From assembly GCA_965371675.1 (NCBI GenBank), contig CBDUZK010000001.1, positions 1 to 31,802 of the forward strand: DNA of 31,802 nt, written 5' to 3'. Shown here one piece after another: positions 14,157 through 23,095 of this stretch. This DNA comes from an uncultured bacterium (lineage in GTDB: Bacteria; Hydrothermota; Tepidihabitantia; Tepidihabitantales; Tepidihabitantaceae). The notes under the pieces are model-generated. The model ran no database searches. It was not told the origin of the DNA and saw only the letters and a list, made by a program, of their open reading frames with translations. The number at the start of each line of letters is the position of its first letter. The stretch's first letter is position 1. The position numbers and the translations under genes were made by a program.

Positions 14157-15938
14157 TCAGTCGGGCGACTTGGTGGCGGCCGCCATCTTGTCCGGGTCCA
14201 CAAGAGTCTCGACGAGGGCGGGGCGATCCGAGCCGAAAGCGGTTTCGAGCACTCCGTCGAGCCGGTGCGGATCCTCGACCCGGTAGCCATCGCCGCCGCA
14301 CGACTCGGCGAATGCCGCGAAGTTCGGGTTCGGGAAGCTGACTCCGTACTCCGGGTAGCCGTCGCGCGCCTGTTCTTTCTTGATGTTCTTCAGCTTGCCG
14401 TCGTTGAACACGACGACCTTGATTGCGAGCCCTTCACGGACCGCGGTCGTGAAGTCGGCGCCGAGCATTCCGAACCCACCGTCCCCGGTCAGGCAGACGA
14501 CCTGGCGGTCCGGGTAGTCAAGCTTGGCCGACAGCGCCGCCGGCAGTGCGAATCCCATCGATGCGATATTGGCGGAGAGGAACACACGCTGGCCTTCGCA
14601 TTGGAACTTCTTGAAGAACCAGTAGGTGTGGTCGCCGACGTCAACGGTGATGACCGCGTCCCGGGCCACATGGCGCTTGAGCGCCTGGATAGCGTAGCCC
14701 GGACTGACCGGCACCGCCATGTCTTTCGCGTCGGCCTCGAGCTCAACCCGGTGCCCGGCCTTGAGGGTCTCGATCCGACCCCAGAACTCCTCGTCCCGTT
14801 CTTTGGGATTGGTCTTGTCGAGCAACTGCCCAAGCACAAGTTCGGCGTCGCCGACAAGACCGACGTCGATGTCGAACGTCCGTCCGATGCGGGCCGGGTC
14901 GCGGTCGACCTGGACCATCTTGAGTCCGGCGGGGACGAGGTTGGCGTGTCGGAACCCGGTGCCGACGACGAGGACAAGTTCCGCCTGCTGGATCATCCGG
15001 GCGGCGTGCTTGGAGCCGATTGAGCCAAGGACACCGAGGCTCGATCGGTGGGTTTCATGAATGACACCCTTGGCCCGCGACGTGGTGGCGACCGGGGCGC
15101 TGAGTTTCTCCGCGAGCTTGAGCAGGTTCTCACCGGCGTGCCGGGCGCCCCAGCCGGCGATGATGACGATGCGGCGGCAGTTGTCGATCAGGCCGCCCGC
15201 GCGCAGGACCTTGTTCTCATCAGCCGGGTTTCGGTCGGTGAAGACCCGCTTGCGCGGCTTGTGGATCTTGCCGGCGAGCCGCTCGACCAGGACATCGGTC
15301 GGCGTGCTCAGCACCGCGACGCCCGGCCGGGCATAGGCGTGCCTGGCCGCGTTGATGACGAGCTTGAGCGCCTGGCTGGCGCGGGCAACCGTCTCCGAGT
15401 AGACGGTGAACGGGTGGAACAGCTCGAGCTGGTCGATTTCCTGGAACGCCTCGGAGCCGAGATACAGCTCTGCGACTTGGCCGGCGAGCGCCAGCACCGG
15501 CGCCCGGTCGGCGGACGCGTCCATCAACCCGGTAATCAGGTTGGTGGCGCCGGGCCCGGCGATGCTGATGCAGGCGCCGATATGGTCGGTCATCTTGCCG
15601 TGTGCCGAGGCCATGAACGCCGCGGTCTCCTCGTGCCGGGTGAGGACGAAACGAATGCTCTCGTGTCGACGGATTGCGTCGATAAGCGGCAGGTTCGAAT
15701 CGCCCGGGATACCGGACACGACCTTGATGCCGAGCGCAACCATCTGCTCGACGATCTTGTCGGCAACGGTAGTCAGGACCTTCTCGTCCTGCTCTTTGTC
15801 GACGCCCTCACGAACAAAGGCGGACTTGGGCGCGCCGCAGTTCGGACAGGTATAGGAATCCGGGAGGTCGGCGAATGGAACACCTTCCTTTCCCTCGTCG
15901 TATATCCAGTTGCAGACGGTACACCGGTATCTGGCCAT
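14157..15938 (-). CDS. Rubredoxin-fused thiamine-pyrophosphate enzyme (pyruvate oxidase/AHAS family)
   Basis: N-terminal '[12 protein letters not shown]...[14 protein letters not shown]'; 'GIPGDS', '[10 protein letters not shown]', '[11 protein letters not shown]'; TPP motif 'GDGGFGM...FNDG'. Confidence 0.9.
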   Translation of the reverse strand: MARYRCTVCNWIYDEGKEGVPFADLPDSYTCPNCGAPKSAFVREGVDKEQDEKVLTTVADKIVEQMVALGIKVVSGIPGDSNLPLIDAIRRHESIRFVLTRHEETAAFMASAHGKMTDHIGACISIAGPGATNLITGLMDASADRAPVLALAGQVAELYLGSEAFQEIDQLELFHPFTVYSETVARASQALKLVINAARHAYARPGVAVLSTPTDVLVERLAGKIHKPRKRVFTDRNPADENKVLRAGGLIDNCRRIVIIAGWGARHAGENLLKLAEKLSAPVATTSRAKGVIHETHRSSLGVLGSIGSKHAARMIQQAELVLVVGTGFRHANLVPAGLKMVQVDRDPARIGRTFDIDVGLVGDAELVLGQLLDKTNPKERDEEFWGRIETLKAGHRVELEADAKDMAVPVSPGYAIQALKRHVARDAVITVDVGDHTYWFFKKFQCEGQRVFLSANIASMGFALPAALSAKLDYPDRQVVCLTGDGGFGMLGADFTTAVREGLAIKVVVFNDGKLKNIKKEQARDGYPEYGVSFPNPNFAAFAESCGGDGYRVEDPHRLDGVLETAFGSDRPALVETLVDPDKMAAATKSPD

Positions 15939-15968
15939 CCGTTTCTCCTTCCGGCACCCGGCCGGTCG

Positions 15969-16229
15969 CTAGCCTCCGCTTGCCTGGTTCTGCTCCATCT
16001 CCGAACCGTCGGTGCAGAAGTAGATGTTCTTCAGTTCGAGTTTTTTAGTAACCGGGCAGCCGCCGCAGATACAGCCGTTCTGCTCGGTGATGCACTTCGA
16101 CTTGCCGATGGACGGGAAGCAGTAGCCGCCATCCTCACCGCACTCCTGCCACGACGGACAGTCGGGGCAGACGCACATCGCCAGCACCATCTTCTTTTTC
16201 TCTTCCATCTCCTGAGGGTTCATTTCCAC
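15969..16229 (-). CDS. DUF2769-like 10-Cys protein (copy B)
   Basis: Same Cys pattern as the other two copies. GTG 16229 gives MEMNPQEMEEKKKMVL, matching copy C. Confidence 0.85.
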   Translation of the reverse strand: MEMNPQEMEEKKKMVLAMCVCPDCPSWQECGEDGGYCFPSIGKSKCITEQNGCICGGCPVTKKLELKNIYFCTDGSEMEQNQASGG

Positions 16230-16313
16230 GGACATCCTCACTTTCCTGCGGGCGCGGTCGGCACCCGGTTGCTGTTTTTGCCTGTCAAAATCGTGCCCGC
16301 CGGGTCATTATCA

Positions 16314-16342
16314 ACGATACCGCGGACTGCTCCCGGTGACAA
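16314..16342 (-). promoter_or_regulatory. Promoter for the DUF2769-B / TPP enzyme unit
   Basis: TTGTCA-N17-TATCGT on the minus strand. Confidence 0.55.
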
Positions 16343-16363
16343 TTGACCGGGAAGAAGGCTGCC

Positions 16364-16723
16364 TCAGGCATCCGGTTCGCCGGACCGGTGGAAGGTCGCG
16401 ATTTCCCGGTCGAGAAAGAAACCGATTACGGTCCGGATTACGACAATCCCGCCAAGGAGCCCGATTTCGAGCAGGGTCGGGTGGATTATCGTCTCGAGTA
16501 CGTCCGCGGCAATCAGCAACTCGAGGCCAAGCAGCAGGTATCCTCCGAGTTGGTGGCGGAGAGCTTCGCGCGCGCGATCGGTATCGCGGCGGCGCAGCCG
16601 CCGGACTTCGCACCGGACGAACCGTACGAACGTCAGAGCCACGCCCCAGAGAATGACCGCTGCTCCGCAGTACCCGACTACGAGCGCGGTGTTGTGCAGG
16701 ACCAGGGCGGCAACATCACTCAT
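16364..16723 (-). CDS. DUF1622 family membrane protein
   Basis: 'RHQLGGYLLLGLELLIAADVLETI...LGGIVVIRTVIGFFLDREI' is the characteristic DUF1622 signature. Confidence 0.85.
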   Translation of the reverse strand: MSDVAALVLHNTALVVGYCGAAVILWGVALTFVRFVRCEVRRLRRRDTDRAREALRHQLGGYLLLGLELLIAADVLETIIHPTLLEIGLLGGIVVIRTVIGFFLDREIATFHRSGEPDA

Positions 16724-16768
16724 GTCGCCTCCGAACGCAGCGGTTCCTGGCCGCCGAACAGGTATTGT

Positions 16769-18262
16769 CTAGGCATGCCGAACCCCGGTGTGGCGCGAAA
16801 TCTCGGAGTTCGTCGTGCACAGGTCGTCAAGCGACAGCTTGTGGACGTCGTCATGGCCGGCCAGGCGCGCGAAATCCCGCAGTTCGTCGGTCGAGACCCG
16901 CAGGAAGTTCTCGAGCAGACGGGCCGAGATGTCGCCCTTGAGCCGGGCGCGCAGTTCCGGATCCTGGGTCGTCACGCCGACCGGGCACTTGCCTGTAGCG
17001 CAGAGCCGGTACTGCTGGCAGGCGCACGCCATCAGCGCGGCGGTGCCGCTTGCAACCGCATCCGCCCCCATCGCCAGCGCCTTGGCGAAGTCCGGTGACA
17101 CCCGCAGCCCGCCGGTAATCACGAGCGTGACGTCCTTCGCTCCCTGCGCGTCGAGGTACTTGCGCGCCCGGTGGAGGGCGTAGATCGTCGGCACCGAAGT
17201 TGAGTCCTTCACGAACTTCGGCGCGGCGCCGGTCGCTCCGGGCCGACCGTCGATGGTGATGAAATCCGGTCCTGCAGCAAGCGTTACCTCGAGGTCCGCT
17301 TCGATGTGCCCGGCCGCGAGCTTGATGCCGACGGGTTTACCGCCGGTCTTGTCACGCAGCCAGTCTACTTTGGCCTTGAGTTCATCCGCGGTGCGGATGT
17401 CATCGAAGTGTGCCGGGCTGATGATGTCCGAGCCCTCCGGGAAACCCCGCAGGCCGGCGATTTCCTTCGTCACCTTCTCGGCCGGGAGATGGCCGCCCAT
17501 GCCCGGCTTCGCGGACTGACCGATCTTGATTTCGACGGCGTCCACTTTCTGCAGGGTCTCGTCGGTCATGCTGTAGCGGTTGGGCACGTACTCGAAGATG
17601 TACTTGTAGGACGCTGCCATTGACTCGGCCAGGATGCCGCCCTCCCCCGAGCACATCACGGTCTTGACTGCGGCGCTGCCCTTGGCGAGAGCGAGCTTCG
17701 CCTCGCGTGACAGGGCACCGAGGGACATGTGGGTGATGTACACCGGCGTCTCAATGACCAACGGGTGCTTCGCCTTCGGCCCGATGATGGTCCGCGTGCT
17801 GACTGGCTCTTCGCGATTCAAGGGCAGGTGCGCGAGCTGCGCGCCGAGAATCAGGATATCGTCCCACGATACGACCGGCCGGGTGGTACGCATCGGCTCG
17901 GTGATGGATCGTCCCGTGCCCGCGATTCGGTGGATGTCTTCCATGCGGGTTTCAAGCTCGTCCGATTTCCGCTTCCACTCACCAAGGTAGCTCTCGATAT
18001 CCACGGTCTCGGAATGGACATGGGTGAAACTAACCCTGGTCTTTGCGCCGCATACCGGACAGGTTATTTCCTGCTCCACGGGTTCGGCCGCGGGCTTTGC
18101 CCCGACCGGCTTCAGGTGGTCCTTGTTCGACCGGCAGACCGGGCACTCCCAGCCGTCAGGGAAATCCTCGGGCCTAGTGCCCGGCTTGATGCCGGCTTTG
18201 GAATCGCCCCGCGTGTCGTCATACTTGTACACACGGCACACGTCACACTGGTACTTCGCCAT
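16769..18262 (-). CDS. Rubredoxin-fused FMN-binding glutamate-synthase-family protein (stand-alone GltB2-like)
   Basis: Rubredoxin 'CDVC..YDDTRGD..GIKPGT..FPDGWECPVC' plus an extra CPVC. Synthase-family motifs 'SGEGG', 'EIKIGQSAKPGMGGHLP', 'ISPAHF', 'DGRPGATGAAP', 'GGLR' and the 3Fe-4S motif CQQYRLCATGKC (CX5CX4C). No amidotransferase domain. Confidence 0.9.
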   Translation of the reverse strand: MAKYQCDVCRVYKYDDTRGDSKAGIKPGTRPEDFPDGWECPVCRSNKDHLKPVGAKPAAEPVEQEITCPVCGAKTRVSFTHVHSETVDIESYLGEWKRKSDELETRMEDIHRIAGTGRSITEPMRTTRPVVSWDDILILGAQLAHLPLNREEPVSTRTIIGPKAKHPLVIETPVYITHMSLGALSREAKLALAKGSAAVKTVMCSGEGGILAESMAASYKYIFEYVPNRYSMTDETLQKVDAVEIKIGQSAKPGMGGHLPAEKVTKEIAGLRGFPEGSDIISPAHFDDIRTADELKAKVDWLRDKTGGKPVGIKLAAGHIEADLEVTLAAGPDFITIDGRPGATGAAPKFVKDSTSVPTIYALHRARKYLDAQGAKDVTLVITGGLRVSPDFAKALAMGADAVASGTAALMACACQQYRLCATGKCPVGVTTQDPELRARLKGDISARLLENFLRVSTDELRDFARLAGHDDVHKLSLDDLCTTNSEISRHTGVRHA

Positions 18263-18295
18263 CAACTCGCTCCCTGTTCGGCAGCAGACAACGGG

Positions 18296-18547
18296 CTACA
18301 TTCCTGACTGCTCTTTCTCGGAACCCTTCGTGCAGTAGTAGGTGTGCTTCAGCTCCATCTTGGCGTACACGGGACAGCCGCCGCAGATACAGCCCTTCTC
18401 CTCGGTAATGCATTTGCTCTTTCCAATCATCGGGAAGCAGAATCCGCCCTGCTCGTCGCATTCGACCCAGCTCGGGCAGTTCTTGCATATGCACATCGAA
18501 AGGACCATCTTCTTCTTCTCTTCCATCTCCTGAGGGGTCATCTCCAT
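18296..18547 (-). CDS. DUF2769-like 10-Cys protein (copy C)
   Basis: 10-Cys pattern; SD GGAGG upstream. Confidence 0.85.
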   Translation of the reverse strand: MEMTPQEMEEKKKMVLSMCICKNCPSWVECDEQGGFCFPMIGKSKCITEEKGCICGGCPVYAKMELKHTYYCTKGSEKEQSGM

Positions 18548-18598
18548 CTCTCCTCCCTGGTCATTGTTGTCCCCGACTGCGCCCGGCCGGGTCAGCAG

Positions 18599-18626
18599 AT
18601 TATAGCCCCCTCAGGTCACGGGGCAA
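18599..18626 (-). promoter_or_regulatory. Promoter for the DUF2769-C / glutamate synthase-like unit
   Basis: TTGCCC-N16-TATAAT. Confidence 0.6.
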
Positions 18627-18672
18627 CCCACGGTCATCCGGCCGATGGTCAGGCGAAGCGGCTGGGGTTGGT

Positions 18673-18701
18673 TTGACAGCAGAGTCGGAGCGGTCTATGC
18701 T
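18673..18701 (+). promoter_or_regulatory. Leaderless sigma70-like promoter
   Basis: TTGACA-N17-TATGCT, 6 nt before ATG 18708. Confidence 0.75.
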
Positions 18702-18707
18702 GGCGCG

Positions 18708-19003
18708 ATGACCATACGCACCCTGACCTGTATTCCCGTTGTCCTGCTGGTCATGCTTGCAGCTGGACCCGGGCGCGTACGTGCTCAAGGCAATCGCGAC
18801 CGACAACCGCGGTATCTACTGGGTGGAATTCTGGGCGCGCGGCGAGATGGTCGGGATTACGTGGCGGTGCAAGGCCTACACCTGCCGGATCGGCTGGGAC
18901 TGCCGTGATGATACGTTCCGGAACTACTTACCTGGCCGCCATCGCCGAAGACTGGAACGACAACTGGGCGACCACGGTCGTGAACGTCCACGTGAGGCGC
19001 TGA
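18708..19003 (+). pseudogene. Frameshifted secreted bacterial Ig-like domain gene
   Basis: Signal peptide in frame A (MTIRTLTCIPVVLLVMLAAG); 'YVLKAIATDNRGIYWVEFWARGEMVG..IGWD' in frame B; 'TYLAAIAEDWNDNWATTVVNVHVRR*' in frame C. Together these give one Ig-like pattern. Confidence 0.6.
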
Positions 19004-19014
19004 CGGATGCTGAA

Positions 19015-19800
19015 GTGAGTGGCAGGTCGTCCCCGCAGAAGGTCTACCGGAATCCGCTGTACTACGAGGTGGCTTTCAGCTTTATCGACCCGAAGAAACA
19101 GGTCGCCCTGTACGAACGGCTCATCAGGAGGTACTCGAACACGAAGGGGCGCCGGTGCGCGGAGCTGGGCTGTGGACCCGGGCTGGTAATCCGGGAGTTC
19201 GCGCGCCGGGACTACCGGGCCGTGGGTCTGGACAAGAGCCGGCCGATGCTTGCGTACCTGGAGCACACGGCAAAGGACGAAGGGGTTCGGGTCGAACCGG
19301 TCCTGGGTGACATGACCGATTTCCGGCTTGGGCCCAGAGCCGACTTCGTGATGCTCCTGATGGGTTCGGTCGAGCACATCCCGGACCGGGAGCGGATGCA
19401 AACACACCTTGAGTCAGTCGCGGCATCGCTGAAGCGCGGGGGCTTGTATCTGGTCGAAAATTACCGTCTGAACTGGGCCTGGGAGACGTTGAACAACTCG
19501 GTTACCTGGGAGATGGAACGGGACGGGGTGGGGGTGAAAACCCGGTTCAAGACCAGGGTCATGGACGTGTTGAACCAGCGGGTACGCAACGAATTGCGGT
19601 TGAACGTGAACGACCACGGGAAAAGCCACCTCCTGCGCGAGCAGTGGGACATGGACCTCATTTTCGGCCCGGAGTTCGAGGCAATGGTTGCGAGCACCAG
19701 GGGCCTTGAGTTCGTCGGCTGGTTCGAACGATTCCGGCTGCAGCGGCTGAAGTTCGCGAAAGCGGACAACATCGGGTTGATCAGGAAGACCCGGGGCTGA
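19015..19800 (+). CDS. Class I SAM-dependent methyltransferase
   Basis: 'AELGCGPG', 'GLDKSRPML', 'VLGDMTDF', 'SLKRGGLYLVE'. The start (GTG 19015) is estimated; the upstream part of the track ORF belongs to the pseudogene. Confidence 0.85.
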   Translation: MSGRSSPQKVYRNPLYYEVAFSFIDPKKQVALYERLIRRYSNTKGRRCAELGCGPGLVIREFARRDYRAVGLDKSRPMLAYLEHTAKDEGVRVEPVLGDMTDFRLGPRADFVMLLMGSVEHIPDRERMQTHLESVAASLKRGGLYLVENYRLNWAWETLNNSVTWEMERDGVGVKTRFKTRVMDVLNQRVRNELRLNVNDHGKSHLLREQWDMDLIFGPEFEAMVASTRGLEFVGWFERFRLQRLKFAKADNIGLIRKTRG

Positions 19801-19878
19801 GAACCCGGAACAATCACAACTTCCGGCATCCCGAGGTACAGTCCCAGCTTTACGCCGCGCTGCCCGGGCCGGACCGGC

Positions 19879-22311
19879 CTACTCGAAGTCGCCTTCTTCG
19901 TCGTCGTCGTCGTCGGGCCGACGGCGCTGGGGACGAAAGTTGTTGAAATTGTAACTGACGTTGAGCATCACGACCGGCGACTCGCGGGTGAAGTGCCTGT
20001 GACTATAGAACCCTTCGCCCTCGGACGTGAACTCGTGCCCGCCGGTGCCGAGCACGTCCCGCACCTGGAGCGTCACCGACAGTCTGCGGTTGAGGAATTC
20101 CTGCTTCACCGAAACGTCGGTCATCAGGAACCCTTTGCGCTCACCCTGGGCTGATGCCGACGGGCTGTAGTACCGACCGTTCAACTGGAACCGGGTCTTG
20201 GTCGGGAGCTTGAATTCGTTGCCGAACCTCGCTCGCCAGTTGAAGCTCGTTTGTTCGAATTCGCTGCCCTGGAGCGTTCCGTTCACCCGGTAGTCGTAGA
20301 CGTCGCCCATCAGGTTGACGGTCCACCAGTCGAACGGACTGAGGTTGAGCATCGTCTCGACCCCGAGCGAACGGGCGTTGCCGACGTTCTCAAAGGAACG
20401 CAGGATGACATTCGGCGCGTAGACCGACTGGACCCGTTCCATCTTATTGTGGACCACCCGGTAGTAGGCTTCGGCGGAGAGCCGGTTCTTGCCCAAGGGC
20501 AACTGGTATGACACTTCGTACGAGTCAATGTACTCGGGCAGAAGTCCCGGGTTGCCCTGACGCACGTTGTAGGCGTCCGACCAGGTGAGGGACGGTTCGA
20601 GGCTCCACCAGCGCGGGCGCTGAATCCGGCGGGCATAGCTGGCCATCACCTGCTGCTCCGCAGGAAGTCGGTAGGACACGTGGACGGTCGGGAAGTAATC
20701 CGGGCGGTCGATTGTGGACACGGAATCCTCACCCAGCAGTTCGATTGCGCGGTCGGTGTACTCGCCCCGGAGCCCGCCCTGGAACCCGAAATTGCCGACG
20801 CTGCCCGCGTAGAGCGCGTAGAGCGAATGGATATCGCGGGCATAGTCGGTCGTGTGGCTGAACGAATCCCGAAACACGTAGCTGTCGCCGGCCGGGCTGT
20901 ACTCATAGGCTTTGTTGACGTCTTCCGACCGCCGGACCCGGCTCTGGTACCCGGCTTCGAACTTGTCCGATGCCCGGAGCGGCAGCGTGTAGTCGAGTTT
21001 GAGGGTCAACCGGCCCCTCGGTCCTGCCTCGGTTGTGCGCCAGCCGTTGAGAGTGTCGGCCCGGGTCGAGTCGTTGTAGAGCTCGGTGGTCGATTCTTCC
21101 TCGGCGTCGCGGCTGTTCCAGGAAGCCTGCACCAAGAGGTTATGTCCGTTCTCCCCGAAGTCGTGCTGATGGTCGAGGTTCAGCGAAAGGTGGTCGCCGC
21201 TCCGGCGCCAGTCGCCGTCGCTGAAGTAGAGATTGGTGTCTCCGGGCACGGTCCATTCCGTGAAATCAAGCGTGGTCGCTCCCTCCATCGCCCGCGCACC
21301 GTACCTGCCCGCGAAACTCAGCCGGTCCGCGGAACCAAGCTGCAGGTCGACACCGACCCGCACGCCGTGGGAAGGCCGGTCCCGGGTCATAGGCCCGGCG
21401 GAATTGACGTACGACGTCGTGTCACCGCGGGTCGTCCGGTTCTCGGTCGCCCTGGTGCCGCCGAACTCCCGTTTGTTGTAGTCCGCGCCGATGAATGCGT
21501 TCATGATGCCGTGCCGGACACTGAGCAGGAAGTCGCCGCCGTACTTGTCGCCAAGCCCGACGTTTGCGTTGAAGATGCCGCTGATGCCGCTCACTTTCTT
21601 CTTCTTGAGGACAACGTTGATGATGCCGGACACACCGTCCGGGTCGTATTTGGCCGACGGGTTCGTGATGATTTCGATATTCTCGATGGTGCCGGCCGGT
21701 ATCTGCTGCAGCACTTCGCTCGGTTCGAGGATGCTCGGCCGGCCATCGACCAGCACGGTGAAGTTTTCGCTTCCGCGCAGGCTGACGTTGCCTTCGATGT
21801 CGACGTCGACCGACGGGACGTTTTCAAGCACGTCGACCGCGGTGCCCGACGTCACAGTTGTCATCCGGCTCACCTCGATTACCTTCTTGTCGATTTTGTA
21901 GGTCAGCGTCGGCCGGTCGGCAACCGCTTCGGCGCCTTCGACCGCCACGACCGTCTGCCGGAGCGAGAGGCTGCCGATATCAAGGCTGGCCCCGGGCGCG
22001 ACCTGGATGTCACCCACGGTCCGCGGTCGGTACCCGATGAACGATACCTCGAGGTAGTACCGGCCCGGACGCACAGTCAGCTCAAACCCGCCGCTCTCGT
22101 TTGTGATCGTGCCGGTGACCTGGGTGCTGTCACGCTGCCGGTACAGGACGATATTGGCATACTCGACCGGCACTTCAAGGTCCCGGTCGAGGACTTGGCC
22201 GAGAATGGTCGCCGGCCGGGCTTCGGGTCCCTTTCCGCGGCCGGGTCCGCGCTGCGCCAGGGCTGCGGCAGCGAGTAACAACACAAGTACAATCGTGATT
22301 CGTTTCGTCAT
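19879..22311 (-). CDS. TonB-dependent receptor / outer-membrane beta-barrel family protein
   Basis: Signal peptide MTKRITIVLVLLLAAAALAQ; CarboxypepD-like domain; plug 'DVLENVPSVDVD..GNVSLRG...VLVDGRP', 'IEIITNPSAKYDPDG..GIINVVLK'; barrel 'RQGNPGLLPEY'. Confidence 0.9.
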   Translation of the reverse strand: MTKRITIVLVLLLAAAALAQRGPGRGKGPEARPATILGQVLDRDLEVPVEYANIVLYRQRDSTQVTGTITNESGGFELTVRPGRYYLEVSFIGYRPRTVGDIQVAPGASLDIGSLSLRQTVVAVEGAEAVADRPTLTYKIDKKVIEVSRMTTVTSGTAVDVLENVPSVDVDIEGNVSLRGSENFTVLVDGRPSILEPSEVLQQIPAGTIENIEIITNPSAKYDPDGVSGIINVVLKKKKVSGISGIFNANVGLGDKYGGDFLLSVRHGIMNAFIGADYNKREFGGTRATENRTTRGDTTSYVNSAGPMTRDRPSHGVRVGVDLQLGSADRLSFAGRYGARAMEGATTLDFTEWTVPGDTNLYFSDGDWRRSGDHLSLNLDHQHDFGENGHNLLVQASWNSRDAEEESTTELYNDSTRADTLNGWRTTEAGPRGRLTLKLDYTLPLRASDKFEAGYQSRVRRSEDVNKAYEYSPAGDSYVFRDSFSHTTDYARDIHSLYALYAGSVGNFGFQGGLRGEYTDRAIELLGEDSVSTIDRPDYFPTVHVSYRLPAEQQVMASYARRIQRPRWWSLEPSLTWSDAYNVRQGNPGLLPEYIDSYEVSYQLPLGKNRLSAEAYYRVVHNKMERVQSVYAPNVILRSFENVGNARSLGVETMLNLSPFDWWTVNLMGDVYDYRVNGTLQGSEFEQTSFNWRARFGNEFKLPTKTRFQLNGRYYSPSASAQGERKGFLMTDVSVKQEFLNRRLSVTLQVRDVLGTGGHEFTSEGEGFYSHRHFTRESPVVMLNVSYNFNNFRPQRRRPDDDDDEEGDFE

Positions 22312-22321
22312 AGTGGCACCG

Positions 22322-22349
22322 AGACTATGCGTGTTGGATATGAAGTCAA
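22322..22349 (-). promoter_or_regulatory. Promoter of the TBDR
   Basis: TTGACT-N16-TAGTCT, 10 nt before ATG 22311. Confidence 0.5.
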
Positions 22350-22393
22350 TCATGACTGTATGGACACGCAAACCCGGCTTCCCCTGCGCCTGC

Positions 22394-22422
22394 TTGACAC
22401 CGGCGCACTCATCGGCTAGCCT
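22394..22422 (+). promoter_or_regulatory. Promoter of the 22432 gene
   Basis: TTGACA-N17-TAGCCT, 9 nt before ATG. Confidence 0.65.
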
Positions 22423-22431
22423 GAACGCGAG

Positions 22432-23079
22432 ATGCCGACCGTTCATATGTATCCTGCTCAGAGTTTGATTGAGTGGCTGACCCGTGAGGAACTGGTCGCG
22501 TTCGCGCGGAAACACCATCTGCAGCCCCGGGCCAAGGATTCCAAGAAGCAGGTGATTGCCGCAATCACAAGCCGGTGCAGCCTGAATGAGATTACTTCCT
22601 CGCTGCTTGACATGTTCCCGAAGCGACGGGCGAGCGGCCACGGCAAGCGGTCGGGCGAGATCCGGCTCGACCGCGCGGCTCACTTATGCGGCACCGCGAC
22701 CATCCACGTATACTCGCAGTCCAACCCGGGCCTCGGTCGACTCCTGCTTGAACACACCGATTCCTGTATCGTGCTGCGCGTCGGCCACACCCAGCTCCTG
22801 ATGGAAAACCGGTGGCCGTTGATTGCGGCCGATGCCGGGCCCGTGCCGCTGAACCGGTTGTTTGCCGCGTTCGTGCGCCGCGGCCGGATTCACCCCGAAG
22901 CCGGAGCGCCGCCGCCCGCGGAACGGCCTTTCATCATCGACGAGGGTGTCTATGGACTGCGCGACGCGCGGCTGCGGTTTGAAATGCAGCATTCCGGCCC
23001 GCTGTCGTTCAAGGTGTTGTTCATGAGATACGGGCCGCGTTCGGGCCGACCCGAGTATATCCTCCGTCCGATTGCCTGA
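22432..23079 (+). CDS. Hypothetical protein (possible SAP/Rho-N-like N-terminal helix pair)
   Basis: 215-aa ORF filling the gap, with its own promoter; 'LTREELVAFARKHHL..KKQVIAAI'. Confidence 0.6.
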   Translation: MPTVHMYPAQSLIEWLTREELVAFARKHHLQPRAKDSKKQVIAAITSRCSLNEITSSLLDMFPKRRASGHGKRSGEIRLDRAAHLCGTATIHVYSQSNPGLGRLLLEHTDSCIVLRVGHTQLLMENRWPLIAADAGPVPLNRLFAAFVRRGRIHPEAGAPPPAERPFIIDEGVYGLRDARLRFEMQHSGPLSFKVLFMRYGPRSGRPEYILRPIA

Positions 23080-23095
23080 CCTTCGCCGGGAAGAC

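Noticed and set aside
18739-19014. N-terminal extension of the methyltransferase in the track ORF
   Set aside because: Better explained as the middle frame of a frameshifted Ig-like pseudogene.
22312-22683. 124-aa N-terminal extension of the TBDR
   Set aside because: It overlaps the divergent gene and both promoters; the signal peptide begins at ATG 22311.
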